A DNA stretch of 64,000 bases from Nymphaea colorata (Eukaryota), in contig NC_045138.2 in assembly GCF_008831285.2 (NCBI RefSeq), forward strand, positions 4,712,001 to 4,776,000. Direction: 5' to 3'. Below, one piece after another: positions 11,271 to 24,636 of this stretch; within the stretch, counting starts at the first letter, position 1; the number at the start of each line of letters is the position of its first letter. The notes under the pieces are model-generated. The model saw only the letters and a program-made list of their open reading frames with translations, was not told the origin of the DNA and made no database searches. The translations under genes were made by a program, and so were the position numbers.

Positions 11271-13189
11271 ACAACATGTGCGATCAGACGCCTCAGGACA
11301 GCATTTAATTAATATATATATGTATCAAAAAGCCAGATACCTTAAATTTTTTATAATTAAAGTGTTTTTGTTAATTTAACCAATGTCATCTTAATGACAA
11401 GTAAAATCAAAATATTTATTAAATTGATCATTTTTTGGGTTTTAATAGTGGTAAAAATGAATGAGTCTCATAGCATCAACATTTTGATAACAGAAAAATC
11501 TAAAAACAACTTGATTGAAAGCATGCTTATCAAAATAGTTTTTATCAAATTGATCATATAGTCCATCACATTTTGCAGAGTGCTCTGTTATTTCTTGTTC
11601 GTTTCACCCAAATAAATGGCTGATGGCTAGAATTCTATCTGTTAGATATGTTGAGACTTTGTCGACACTTGTGTTAAGGCACCGAGCATGATAACGTATA
11701 ACAATAAGATGTCTTACTGCAAGGAGCCCGAGCTTGTCAGCGATGTGTGATCTTGAACATGATGATGAAGCCAAACATACAAGGAGCAATCAGCAATTAC
11801 GAGAGAATGATTAATGCCATGAGTCACCTGACTATTAATAATATTGTAAATATGAATGGAAATTGTTAGTGGTTATAATTAATCACCTTGTTAAAGATGT
11901 ATGAAAACCTGAGGTTGATGTCAGTATATATATATATGTATGTATGAAACATGTTTAATCATCCAATTGTATGAACGATTTGTCTTCCAACTGAAAGTGG
12001 AAATGCAGCATCGGTGCATGTCATGAATGAATAATCCGTTGGTGTATTTTATGTGAAAATCAGTTGCAGATTGGAGATTCGTAACTCTTGCATGGTATAC
12101 CATTTGCTCCTTCTCAATGTCGCTGCCAATAAGCTACAAAAGCATTTTGAGATTGCTAATTCGCCGCCAGAACTGCTCTTCTGGAACAATCAACTATGCC
12201 AAATGGGTGCAGGTATGGTACAAGTTCGGGTACCAGAATACGGGTTCGGACACAGCAATTTTGAAACATATGGGTGCGCGGGTACAACAAATTTTATATT
12301 CTAAAAATTGATCAAATGAAAAAAAAAAACATTAATAGTCTTATAATCTACAAAAATTCTCAAAATTAAAAGAAAATAGGAGGAAAATATAGAATCTTAA
12401 TGAAAAGGAAATACAAAAGAAAGAAAAAATCAAAATTCGAAAAAAATTAAGTTTGAAAATATAATTTGAAATGTTTTAAAAGGAAGCCATACTAACACGT
12501 GTATCTGGGCAAAAATGATGTACCTGTCTCAGGTCTTCAAGGTTTGCAGCATTATTATGAAAGGGCACTGGAAAAGGTAAAGCACATAACTGTACAAACT
12601 TTATCTACTTGCATTTCAGAAGTCAATTTCTCTAAATACATGTTTTAAAATCTTAACAAGCCAACGATTCTCTAAATACTTGCTTTAAAGCACGTAACCA
12701 TCCAAACTTTATCTCCCCTTGCTAATTTACGGCTTTTACTCATTCAACATGGACATCGCAAGAACTTCAAAGAAAAAATTGTCCTATGCTATTTAATGTC
12801 CTAATACAACACAAATCACAAACATAAAGACTGCTAACAACATTGTAGCTCAATGTAGTCATTTTCTAGATTAAATTAAATTTTTCATAAAGTTTTCACT
12901 ACAAGAAATGGCCGTGAGTGGCTAATGAGAATTCAATGACTTAGTGATGGGTGGATAAAATATGTGTATCGACCTGAGTTACAGATTTACCGAATAGTTA
13001 ATTTTCACAAAAATGTCATCACATTTTTCTCGTTGATTTCTCCTAACCTTTTGTCATGATGAATTAGATGGTGTCGATTACAAAGATAGGTGACTCTAAA
13101 GAACTAGACCTCTTAAATTCATGTTATGAAAGTGTTTTAGACAAAGTGAACCTCCTACTATTGCATATATATATATATATATATATTCA

Positions 13190-13831
13190 TGCATTCTTAA
13201 CAACATAAATCGAAAAAAAAGGTTTTTGAAAAGTTTTGATAAGCATCAGAGGTGTTGCGCTTTGGTCGTGGCCTTCTTGAAATCTAAAGATTTTGGTTCA
13301 AGAAAAGTACAAGTATAAAAACTAGGGAGAGAGAGAGAGGGGGGGGTAAAAGAAAAGATAGAGAGATGAGATTTTAAAAAAAGAGAGAGGGATTAAAGAG
13401 AGAGAGAGGTTAAAGAGAGATTAAGAGAGGTTAAAGAGAGATTAAGAGAGGTTAAAAAGGAAAGCGGGATAGAAAGAGAGCTTTTAAAAATAGAGGGTGA
13501 GAGAAATTTTAAAAGGAGAAAGAAAGAAGAAGAGAGAGAGAGAGATTAAATGAGAGATTTTGAGTTCGAAATTCTCTTTCCTCAATAGAAACTAAGAATG
13601 ACAAGTTCGACTTTAAATCAGTTTCAAAAGAGTTTCAAGCAACTACAAAAGATTTTGGAGACTTAGCCTAAACATTTTTTTTTTATGAGCCTAAATTCCT
13701 CTCTAGCTTACATCAAATGTGAAGAAGTCATAATATTTAAATTATTTTTCAAACTTGTTATTCTTAGTTTCTATTGAGGAAAGAGAATTTCCAACTCAAA
13801 ATCTCTGTTTTAATCTCTTTCTCTCTATCCA

Positions 13832-13870
<39 letters not shown>

Positions 13871-13922
13871 AAAAGCTCTCTTTCTATCTCCCTTTTCTTT
13901 TACCTCTCTTAATCTCTCTTTA

Positions 13923-13984
<62 letters not shown>

Positions 13985-14200
13985 TAAATCTCTTCTCTCT
14001 GTCTTTTCTTTACCTCTTGCTCACTCTCTCTAGATTTTAAACTCGTCTTTGTCTTGAACCAAATTTTTTAGATTTCAAGAAGGCCAAGATACTGCAACGC
14101 CCATTATGCTTATCATTGAGACCATACTTGCACGGCCTACAACCTCAAAACTTTTCAAAAACTTTTTTGTTTTTTTCGATTTATGTTGTTAGAATGGCAT
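13190..14200. mobile_element. Long-TIR fold-back (Mutator-like MITE-type) element; arms about 13190-13607 and 13752-14200
   Basis: Arms are imperfect reverse complements, e.g. ggccttcttgaaatctaaa/tttagatttcaagaaggcc and ctctttcctcaatagaaactaagaat/attcttagtttctattgaggaaagag; the (GA)-rich tract is mirrored by a (CT)-rich tract. Confidence 0.7.
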
Positions 14201-16037
14201 CCTTTCCTTTCAACTATATAAAATTCTTTTTCTTTTCATTTAACATGCATATTCACTATGTACTTATAGTATTCATGAATGCCAAAACTACTTCTCTAAA
14301 AACCGAAGCAAAACATTAAAAATAAGGTGGTAACTGAATTAGGGGCAAAATATTGAGATTACTTGAGTTTCAAAAGAATACACTAGCCACTAAACCAAAT
14401 TAAAGTGTTTTGATAAAATGTTATTAAGATCTTGTTTCAAAAATTGACTTTGTTTTTCACTTTTAAATGCTTATACCAAATGAAAATGATTCTTAATTAT
14501 GATTACTTCTTCTAAAATATCTTTCCGACCAATTTATCAAAAAGATTATGGAACTCTTTTTCCCAAGGACTTACAAAACAGTTTCTACTTTAAGGATTGG
14601 CTGTTTCATCATTTCTTCAAATTATAAAAAGTTAAATTTCTAAAAAACATTAAACTTCTTACCATGCACCGCAACACATTTAAGTAGAGGATAATGCTTA
14701 ATTGGACGTGGAAATACACCAAGAATGAACATAACCTTTGACTTTGTTACCCCCGATCACTACAAGAATGATAACATATACCAGCATACAGAGCCTATTT
14801 ATAAGTAGTCACCGTTTCTCTCACGCATGCCGAGAGGTGCGTTAGACAATGGGCCTTCTTTAATGCAACAGTAGCATTCGTTAGAGAAGCTAACCTTTAA
14901 CATCACAGCACCTTCCCTCCTATTATCACGAAAAGAAAGTTGATTCAATGGGTCCGCACCCTCCACTATTCATCAGAGAAATATGGTACTCGTGAAACAC
15001 TTTATATAAACTGTAAGGATTTACACATATGTGCTTTTCTGCTTTCTAGCTCGGCTGCTGTATCATAACATCTATTTTTAGGTCCAAGTGCCCAAGTTTA
15101 AGAGAGAATTTGAATCTTAACTGAGAGTGGGTTTACACAAGTTAGTAGTCAGAGTGCAAACGGGTTGGAGTTGCAGCCAAAGTTTGGCAATATGTCCCTG
15201 TATCAACATGGAATTAGCAGGGCTTTTATTTATATAGATACTTATTTGCTTTCAAGTCAACTAGACTCTGCTCACAATTAAGCACAATGCTTGGTTAGTT
15301 AATCCTTGTGATTATGTATATTTTTACAAATGAACGTCTTTTACTGCAAAACAAAAAACAAAAAAGGCTAATGACATCAGATGGCAAAACAATACTCAGG
15401 AAACGCTCTCCACTTTACCAGTTCTTCAGTTACTGTTAAACTTATAAGGAGTTATCCAAGACCATGTCAGCACTTGGCAACCTAAACAGCAAAAAGTTAA
15501 CAGTAAAGTAAGATCGCTGCCATGGTATTATCTACCATAAGCACCTTTTCGACCATGAGTTCCTTGTTTTGAATCTTTTGTTAGTGATGAACAAAAATCT
15601 GGTAAAAAAATCAAGGTTTCAGATAAACCAGGTTTAGTGAAGGTTCAAAAACATTGTTTTTTTTCATGCTTTTAATTACCAACAACGTAAAACAAAGAAA
15701 CAAAGAAAAGGTCCATCTGCTTCGTGAAATGAGGGGCAAGGAAATGCTTGGACTTGAAACAGAAAGAGAACAGACAAAAAAAATTTACAACTTCCCAGTC
15801 ACCCATCAGCCGCTGAGCTGGAAGAGGTCAAACCACATGGTGGGCAAAGCCAATTATCTTAAAAAACAAAGGAAATGCACATAAGACCCAAAGACCTACC
15901 TAGCCAGTTAAGTGGGCATGAATCACGGTCCAAAAAACTAGATGACCGACTTGATGGTGACTGTGTAAACTAGGTTGGCTTGTTACTAAGTTGGTAAAAA
16001 GGATTCAACTAACCATATTTTAAGCATTTCATTTTAG

Positions 16038-16590
16038 CCCAAAACACTAAGTTGGTAAATTCTGTTGGCTTGTTATTCTCCCTCATGACATATGTAAAAA
16101 AATGACAATGCATCCTCCACAAAGCCAAGCCTTGCAAAACTTGAAATGATGGAATTAAAAATAGCTATATCTCTGAGGCATTTCCTCAAAGAATTGAATA
16201 GAATCCTCCAATCTATTGAATTTGACAAACATGTCAATAATCGAGCTACATACAACAGATTTGGAGAGAAAACCTGTCTTTATGCAGACCCCAAAAATCT
16301 CATTTCCCGCTGTTGTATCTAGTAAATTTGCACATGCAACAACCATGGTAGAAATACTAAAGTGGTCATGGATGAACCCAATGGCTCCCATCCTCTGATA
16401 ATGGGTTAACGCTTGCTCAGGTTTTCCTGATCTAACACAGGCATACATAATGGCATTCCAGGACACTACATCCCATTTTTCCATACCATAAAACAAATGA
16501 AATGCATAGCTGACATTACTAAACCTACCATACATACAAATAAGGGCATTGTTAAGTATAAGATTATCATGGAGACAGTTCCTCAAAATG
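16038..16590 (-). pseudogene. Truncated, frameshifted copy of the PPR gene at 37519-39812
   Basis: Near-identical to 38384-38938 (ILRNCLHDNLILNNALICMYGRF...FEEMPQR). Has a 2-bp deletion (ctatatctctgagg vs ctatatctctttgagg), lacks the 5' end beyond 16590, and has lost about 970 bp of 3' CDS/UTR. Confidence 0.93.
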
Positions 16591-18611
16591 AGCGAGGCAG
16601 GCAGGAGATGCTTTTCTCTCATGCCTTTCTTCGTTCATGGCTGATTCACGCAGGTCCAAACCTGCGCTGGCTCATTTTTCCTTTACTAGATCGCGGCTCT
16701 TTGGGGGGAGTGTACATCTGTTTGAAACATTTCCGACTCTTATGTTAAATGAGTCCAGTTCGAGATTAAATGATTACTCAAGTTTGGCAATGAGTCGAGT
16801 TCGAGTCGGATGAACTCGACTCGATTAAACTTTTTTAACACTAATACTTATTTATGTAATTTCAAAAACATAAAATGGCTTAAATAAAAATGTGAAAATT
16901 TTAAGCATAAAATATATATTAAGAAACACGAGCTTAAACAAGTTGAGCTCAATCTTGAATTCAGTTAAGCAAGCCACACTCAAGTCGAGCTGTATATGAG
17001 TCGAGTCGAGTTTGAGCAGGTCCAGCTCGAGCTCGGCTTGCTTGTTGTGGGTTGGCAATCAATTTGAGATTTGGTTAATCGGGTTTCACACGCTTTTGTA
17101 GGCCAATGGGCTAGTTGCTGATTCGAGTGGCATGGGTGTCAGCACCACAGGAAATGGGCCAATGGTTGGTTGCTGGTTCGAATGGCTCGGGTGACAAGCT
17201 CGGTGGAAGAGCAATGTATTATCACACTTGCAGCACAGGTTCTAATGCAGGCACCAACTTAGCCAAGCGATCGAAAAGAGAAATTTAATTAATCAGGTGT
17301 TGCTAAAAGAAGACGAAGAAGCGTTGTAGCTGAGAACTTTACACCCCTAATTTCCTTGGTGGTCCTATGGATATAAAGGGCTTCCTAGTGCACCGTCAGG
17401 TGGTAGTTTGTTGTTTTATTTTAAAAAAATAAAACAACAAATAACGAAAATAAAAAAATGGAAACAATCAGTTTGTTATTACAAAAAAATGTCACAAAAC
17501 ATGAAATACCGGTGGGCGAAAATTTGTGTACCAGTATCACAGTATGCCACATATAACCATGTTTGCAAGGCTTGCAATTGTAGCACCAAAGACTGGGTTG
17601 AAATGATTTTGTTGTTTCCTATATTTAATGACTGGATTATTTGCCTATAACTATGACCGCTAAATATAAGGATAGAAATGAAGGTCCAAACAAAGCCTAA
17701 GATAGCTAATCAAATAGAGTGGTTAAGGTCTCAAGGGTGGTGCCACCCAATGGGTTTTTTGGCCTTCTCTTTTTCACCATGTTTGAATGGATGGAAACTT
17801 AAGGAAATGATTAATGGATGGAAGGGACAAGAAAGAAAAATCAATTGAAACAAAATTGGTAGGGAAAGAAAAGAAAAGGAGAAGAAAAAGAAAAATATTA
17901 TTGTAAAAGCTTGTTTGGATATAAAAGAAAGGAAAAGAAATCATTTAAATTAATTTACAAGAATGCTCTTAACACTTGAACTTATTATCTAAGTAAAAAT
18001 ATTTGATTACATGACCTGATTCAACAGTGGTACATGTTTATTTCTTAAAAGAAGAAAATATTGTACTTAACTTAATTTTTTATTTAATAGAAAATAATCA
18101 AATTAAATATTTTTTATGGTACTTAGCTAGAAATTCATGGGTTCTTTCTTATGCTTAATTTTTTAACATTATTTTAAATTTGAAAAAAATAATTTTTAGA
18201 GATCGATAGCTTTAAATGTGGAAAAAAATATATTCATGTTTTTCTATATCCTTATCATTGAGCAGGACCTAATTTTTCTGTAAGGCCCCATTTGATGCAC
18301 ATGAAAAATCCTGTGCATCCGGTGAAAAATGTACGATGAGGGGAAATTTACCTTGTGAGTGGTGTGTGCATCAACCACCACAAAACTTCACCAGGCAAAA
18401 TGTGTACGACGAGGGTAAAATTGACCCGCAAAAAAGTCCGACCTCAAAGCTCAGACTTTTTGCCTCGTTTTCTTCCTCTTTCCCCTCCATCGCCTTTTCC
18501 CCTCTCCTCTCTTGGTCTCTCGTTCCTCTCCACTCTCGTCTCCTCTCTCGCTCTCTCTTTCCTCTCCTCTCTCGCTCTCTCCTTCCACTCCTCCCTTGCT
18601 CTCTCGTGTCT

Positions 18612-18865
18612 CATAGTCAGCAGTTGATCGATTCGTCCCCATTTCTCAGTGATGTGGCGGTACCAGTCGGTGGCACGGGGATTGCCATGGCGATTGTTTG
18701 GTTCATCATGCCAAGGATACTGCAGAGACTCCACCACTATTCCTTTCGTGGGTGTGCTTCATTGTTGTCTATGAAGGTCAAAGAGGTCCCTTACGAGAAA
18801 AGTTTCTGGGGCATCTTAGAAGACCCTGTCAGATATCTTGTTACCTTCGCGGCGTTCACACAACT
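18612..18865 (+). pseudogene. Captured fragment of an MscS-like mechanosensitive channel gene (MSL1-like)
   Basis: QQLIDSSPFLSDVAVPVGG...WFIMPRILQRLHHY...EVPYEKSFWGILEDPVRYLVTFAAFTQ matches the recalled plant MSL1 motif VPYEKSFWGALEDPARYLVTF. Ends at a GT (18866) followed by intron-like sequence. Confidence 0.8.
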
Positions 18866-20654
18866 GTGACTCTTTTTCCCTTTCAATTTCCCTGAATTGT
18901 CCATCAAGTTTGAAATCAGAAATTTAGTACAGTAGCATGACCATACAAATTGGGAACTAGGTTATCCAGTTGTTTCAGTTTGCAATTGACTCTGATACTG
19001 GGGTGATTTAATTTGGTCTATGAAGTCAATTCCCCAGGAAAGTGTATGAAGTTTTTATTCACAATGCTAGGTTCACCAGGGTTGATTTGGTTCCTGGGAA
19101 ATGATTTGTTTCGGTTATGTTTTACGATTTGCCAAGTGAATTTGAAATGAACCTTGTGCACAACTGTGAATTCTAGTTTGTTTGATTGGTTCTATTCAAT
19201 TACAATGGCTACTTTGATTGCAAAATTGCGCTAGTTTCTTTCCTAATCACCCAATTAGGAATCCTAACGAGTGTCTTGTTATATTGCTTGTTTTTCTTTC
19301 ATACCCAACGGTGGAAGAAATATATCCCTTGTGACAAACCAAATAATAACATTCGATGTTTATATAAATCATATTTTCCAAAACATTTTCAAAGGAAACC
19401 TTATAATGCGGCCTTAGAGACATAGCTTAGACTCTTGCATGAGTCTAAGCTCCCCTCCGGCCCACATCAAACTCGAAGTTGGTAATTTTAAGTTATTTCT
19501 TCATTTCTAATCTTGTGAATGCACGTTTGTATATACATGTTACATACATATATGCGTCCATGATGATCTCCCTCATCTTTCTTTCTCTCTATGCTTTCAC
19601 TTTCCATTTTACAAATTTTTGCATGTGCATGAATGCATATGTACATGTGCTTTATTTCCTCTCTTTTGAATATTGTATTCCTTTTTTCAAGACAAATATC
19701 TTTCCATACAATATTTTTTATACATATCAATATATGTGTATGTATATTTTTCTTTCCCTCTCAAACCTCTCTTTCTCTTCAAATGCCTATTTTTCTCTTA
19801 AACTTTCATATATGTGTATGTGTCATAATATGTACACGTATATGCATGTCTTTCTCAATCTCTATCTGTTTCTTTTTATGATAATGTTTTATCTATTGTA
19901 TTCTTTTTTAACATTTTCCTTTCATGATGTTTTTATTTACCGACTTCACTAAGACCACAAACCAAGTAATGACTCAATATTGAAATCATGCTTGATGATC
20001 TACAACCCCAATCCCTTTTCAAAAACTTTTCATTCTTATATGCAATAATTATGAAAACAAGAATCTTAGATGTATGTTATGGTATGAATACATTTAGATG
20101 AATGTCATGGTAGGAATGCCTTATTATCTTTTAATCATGTAAGATCAACGTATTCATGCATTCACATTCACTTAATATCACAAATGAGCACAATCACATC
20201 TCTAAAAGAGCTTAAGCAAGATGAGATGAAATTCTAACTAGGTGGTAACCGAATCAGAGCAAAATCTCAAACCTATTCAAAGTCTTAAGAGAACACTAAA
20301 ATGATTTTAAAATGATTTTTCAAGCTTTCCAAATGATATTCATAAGGATTTCCTTCTAGTTTCCCAAAATATTTCACATTCTCAAGCAACTATTCAAGAA
20401 TCTTTTCAAAAGTTTGAAACAACGAACTTTCAATATTTTTCTACATCGCATATAGAATCAATGATAAACATAGCCCTTGGGTTGATTACCCCCAGTAAAG
20501 GCACCAGAAACAGTCGATCCTCGTACCAATGGACGAGTCCCTTTCTTTCATATTTCAAAACAAAACCTCATTTTTTTGTGAAGTACTCCAAAACCAATGA
20601 AATTTTGGAATGCAAACAGATATAAAGAGAGGTAGTATAAAACATGTGCAGCAT

Positions 20655-20760
20655 TAGAGTGTTGCAATAATAACAGCGAAAACATTCTGGATGCCAAAGT
20701 GCTCCCATGCAATTCAAGAAGCGGTGATGACCTATTTCATTGTTGCAACCAACACATAAC
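20655..20760 (-). pseudogene. Captured LIM-domain exon of a DA1/DAR-family gene
   Basis: LCVGCNNEIGHHRFLNCMGALWHPECFRCYYCNTL resembles the DA1 LIM motif CAGCNxEIGHGRFLxCxxxxWHPECFRC; preceded by a splice acceptor ctctctacag at 20761-20770 (minus strand). Confidence 0.85.
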
Positions 20761-23700
20761 CTGTAGAGAGGGACACAGAGATGTCTAAAATGTGGCATTG
20801 TCATGGAATAGAGATTCCACATCAGTGATGAGTACATATGCATATGATTGATTGGAGTAAATGGATACAACAGCACTGAATGTTCACATTGCAATGCTAT
20901 TCTAAGAATCAAGATCAAACAGGTCCGCAGCAGAAACAGAGTATAGTTCATGCTAGCAGGAACAATGGATAGGATTACCGCGTTTAGAGGGGATGGAATC
21001 TTCTCACAAAGATGACATAGTGGAAAATGAAAGAAGTCGGCAAAGAAGCTTCTTTGGGGAATCAATGGTGAGGACTTAGAGAGAGACGGAGCGAGAGAAG
21101 TTGGGAGTTTAATAAAAATACAAAATAAACTTATCATCATCTCTGGAAGATCGACAGGATGATTTGTGCCTCCTCTTCTTGCCATCCTTCCCGTTCTGCT
21201 TCGTCAGACTGCATAAGAGAACTAGAAAATTAGAGATGGAGGATTTCCAGAGAGGAACAAAGACTTTCGTCAAACAAATGAGATGTTCCCAGAAATTTTT
21301 TTTCCGGAAACGCCTTCAACAGTTAAAAATATATTTCTGCATTTGATAAACCAGAAATATTTAAAAAAAATTAAAATATATTTCCCTAGTAGATACAGGA
21401 AATTTTCAGCCCATCAAATGGGCCCTTATGGAACGTTTGGTAATCTTGCATTTGAGATCACTAGAATCTCAGATTCATGAATTTAAGGACAGATCTCATC
21501 CCATTCAACCTCTAATCCGATGTTTTTGCCATAAGTGCCTGGGAAACAAACCCTCTTTTTTCACATAGTAGTAAAATCCAGTGTTTGTTTCCACTGTGCA
21601 TCCCACGTAAAAGGGATCTTAGCCAGATCAGCTTTGGAATTGAAATATGAGGTTAATTGTCAAACACACTCTTAGTGTTTGAAGATGAAAGACATGAACC
21701 AAAGGAACTAGGTGCTAGATATGTAAAAAATATCGAACCATGCATGTGTGGAGGTTAGCATCCCCTGTACACTTGGACAGATTTTGGGTTTGGTTGGGGC
21801 AGTGGACTGTTGGCTGCTTTATTTTTCATTGAACTTTTTGTAATTGTTTAAGCAAATTGAACCTTTAATGGGTTCCTTACATTGTATTGGTAATATGCAT
21901 TGCTGACCCAAAGTAGAATAATAGGTTCTTTACTCAAACTAGCCGGACGTTTGATGTGCATTCAGTGGTGTCTTGTTTTTTTATTGCTCGTTTGAAAGAA
22001 AACCTTTATATGTCTGTGAATTCTATATGTGTTGTTTCGCTTAAAATAGAGGTTTATGCCGTGTGTGAATTTCTATTCCATAAATTGATCCTTCTCCCAC
22101 TGATTTAAATCAACAATTATGAATATATGATGCAATTCTCAAATTTTTTATATAAATAATTTTAAATCATTGTTAGTAATCAAATATCTATGTTTGAAAT
22201 TTAAAATTTCAAATATGATCTCTTGAATTTTTCAAGTATGTCTTGGAGATGAAAATGGAGAGTGTTATGCAAATGATTTAACGTTATAAAAAAAAATATT
22301 TTCAATAAAAGAAACATTATTATTGTTAAAGACAATGTGGCGACTTATAAGATAAAAACATCTATAAAAGCAAAGATGTACTAAAAATAATAATAACATT
22401 GTTATCAATAAGAGTGGTCATCCACCTGATTTTGCAAAAAAAATCAAGTTACTTGACCTTATTGTAAACTAAGAGTATAAATGTCAAATCTAACAATATT
22501 GATGTTACTCAAAGCAACTAACATTTTTGCTCAACAATAGAAATGTTATTATTCTTGACAATAGTTTTGCAACCTATAAGGAATTGATATCTATAAAAAT
22601 AAAGAAACCAACAAATATAATAATTACATCGCTATCAACAAAAAAATTTGATGACGCACAGTTGTAATAAAAATCAAAGATATGCCTAGAGATTATTGCC
22701 TAGAGATTACTGCAAATAAAGACTTCTCCCAACTTTTCTTCAGGCAGTCCTACTTAGAGTAAAGGACCCTTCTCTCTCTCTTGGCTATCCAACCGGATGA
22801 TTACCTCCAAAGCGGGTTATCCTTTCTTCTTCTTTTTTATAGTGGCAATCCATGAGTTGCACATCCAGTAGTTTCTAAGGGCGTCGTAATCATCGACACC
22901 AGAGGTATTCATGTTCTCAGATATTGTGCACCCCTTGTTTTTTGAATTGCATCATTACAGTTCTTTGAAGAACTGGATGATTTCTTTTGGGTATCATCTT
23001 ACATTAGAATTTAATTATCAGGTACTTAAATGTGATTTTTTTTCTTGATAAACATAGCCTGCCTTATTACAAGTAATTAAAAAAATAAACAAAATCGTTT
23101 CAACCTTAGTCATGTTAACCTTTTATTGTATTTTTTCCCCCTTCTTCTTTAAGATAGGGAGGTCAATCTCCTAGCAGCTTGCATGTAGATGGATGATTGA
23201 GAGAAAAATAAGAAGAAAGATGTATGAACTAATAGTATATTACCAAAATACCTATCTTCTTTTTTGTTAATCATCCATCATGATGGCTCTAGTTTCTAGA
23301 GTCACCATGGCAAATGAAACTGTTTAGAGTTCAGCGGCAGTCGTTATGCTATGCATTTGCAAATCTTTCTCTTTCTTTTTCCTTGTTAAGCACACGAGTA
23401 CTGCATATGCTGAGAGGGGTGAAGCGTGGGAGGGAGGAGCATATGCGACGCTGTTGGATTTGGTTGCACAGCAGATGTTCTCTTCATATATACTTCTGTT
23501 TCTAAAACTTTTAGTTGATGGATTTATCCTTAGAGGTCACATTTTCAACAGATAATACGGTAACTTCAAGTCGATCCTTACAAAATTATGAGAGCCTCAC
23601 CGACCCAAAGCAAGATTTATTCATTAAATAACGCTTCAATTTTTATATGCCTCCTTAACCTTAAAACATCTGGATGGTATGTGTTAGCTTGACATTCAGG

Positions 23701-24543
23701 TGAAGTTGAAAATAATCCTGATCTGGTTTAGTGCCTTTGTCCATGTCGAGTGCACTAGGTTTGATTCTGGGCTTTTTTTGAATCGGACTGACTCAGATAC
23801 ATTTGCAACCAAAGTTTCAGGTGCTTTAGTTGGTCGAATCCTTTTATTTTTCATATGTTCTCATTCATGGGATACCAAATTTAAACTTTCTTTCACGTAG
23901 CACCATCAATGTACTTTAAATGGATCTCTTTTTTTGGATTTTTTCTTTACCAAAAAGTTAGTTTGATTGAGTGAAGCATAGTCAGTTGAACCAGCAAACC
24001 GATGAAAATCTTGTTGCCAATTCAATCCCATGGAGACTACTCATCTGAATTGCAAACAGTAAATGTAGATATTCTAGTTGATATTTCACTCCAAGTTCAA
24101 TGCTGCCGTGTGCGAAATGTTAAAATTTAAGAATTTATTGTTAAAAAATAATTATCAGATATGTATTACCCATTATTTATGATGCAGTGACCGTTTATAG
24201 TGACTTTAATAACGATTTATTTTAAATTTTATCCATCCGGCAACTACATGGCATACAACCACTTCCAAAACCGGTCTACTTCCAAGGGTCCATTGTGATT
24301 GTGGTCTACAACTTGTTTTGCGTGGATCGTGAAGCGCTAATCTTATGCCTGTACTAGAAACATTCTGTTCCTACTCTTATGTGTTCTACCAGTCAATGGC
24401 TTCAATTTTCGCATCATTAGGTTTTTTCAATCACGCAATCAACAATATCACATAGGTCCGGATGCTATAAGAAAGTAAATTAAAAGGCTGCTCATGGTGA
24501 AAATAGTTGTTGAATTTCTGCTTTGATTGACAAAAATGGTCAG

Positions 24544-24636
24544 GTCAAAATCGAGTGCATAGTGGCGAGTGGAGGTGCAAGGGACGTGATTTGTGAAACG
24601 GTGGACAAGCTTGGTGCTGACATCTTGATCGTGGGT
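24544..24636 (+). pseudogene. Isolated exon of a universal stress protein A (USP)-like gene
   Basis: After cag|: VKIECIVASGGARDVICETVDKLGADILIVG, resembling the plant USP motif GDARDVICEAVDKLGADLLVMG. The following SHGYG motif is absent and no intact partner exons were seen. Confidence 0.7.

Larger units (their letters stand above)
4800..16590 (+). repeat. Segmental duplication, copy A (paralogue at 32702-38938)
   Basis: Matching blocks: 5189-6260 with 32702-33520; 4800-5010 with 33960-34125; 9190-10150 with 34415-35410; 14000-16037 with 35415-37413; 16038-16590 with 38384-38938. Confidence 0.9.
18284..21425. mobile_element. Non-autonomous PIF/Harbinger element carrying host gene fragments (Pack-type)
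   Basis: Left end TAA|GGCCCCATTTGATG, right end CATCAAATGGGCCC|TTA (13/14 inverted match). TIRs and left subterminal region resemble those of the element at 26230. Flanks are both TWA but not identical. Confidence 0.75.

Noticed and set aside
11604..11830. Possible signal-peptide exon on the minus strand
   Set aside because: In-frame stop soon after the candidate ATG and no recognisable downstream exon.
19479..19952. 157-aa hydrophobic ORF
   Set aside because: Product of AT-rich low-complexity sequence.
18336..21185. The 177-aa and 205-aa ORFs as real MSL1 or DA1 genes
   Set aside because: Only short segments are homologous; the rest is TIR, (CT)-rich or intron sequence, and the other exons are absent.
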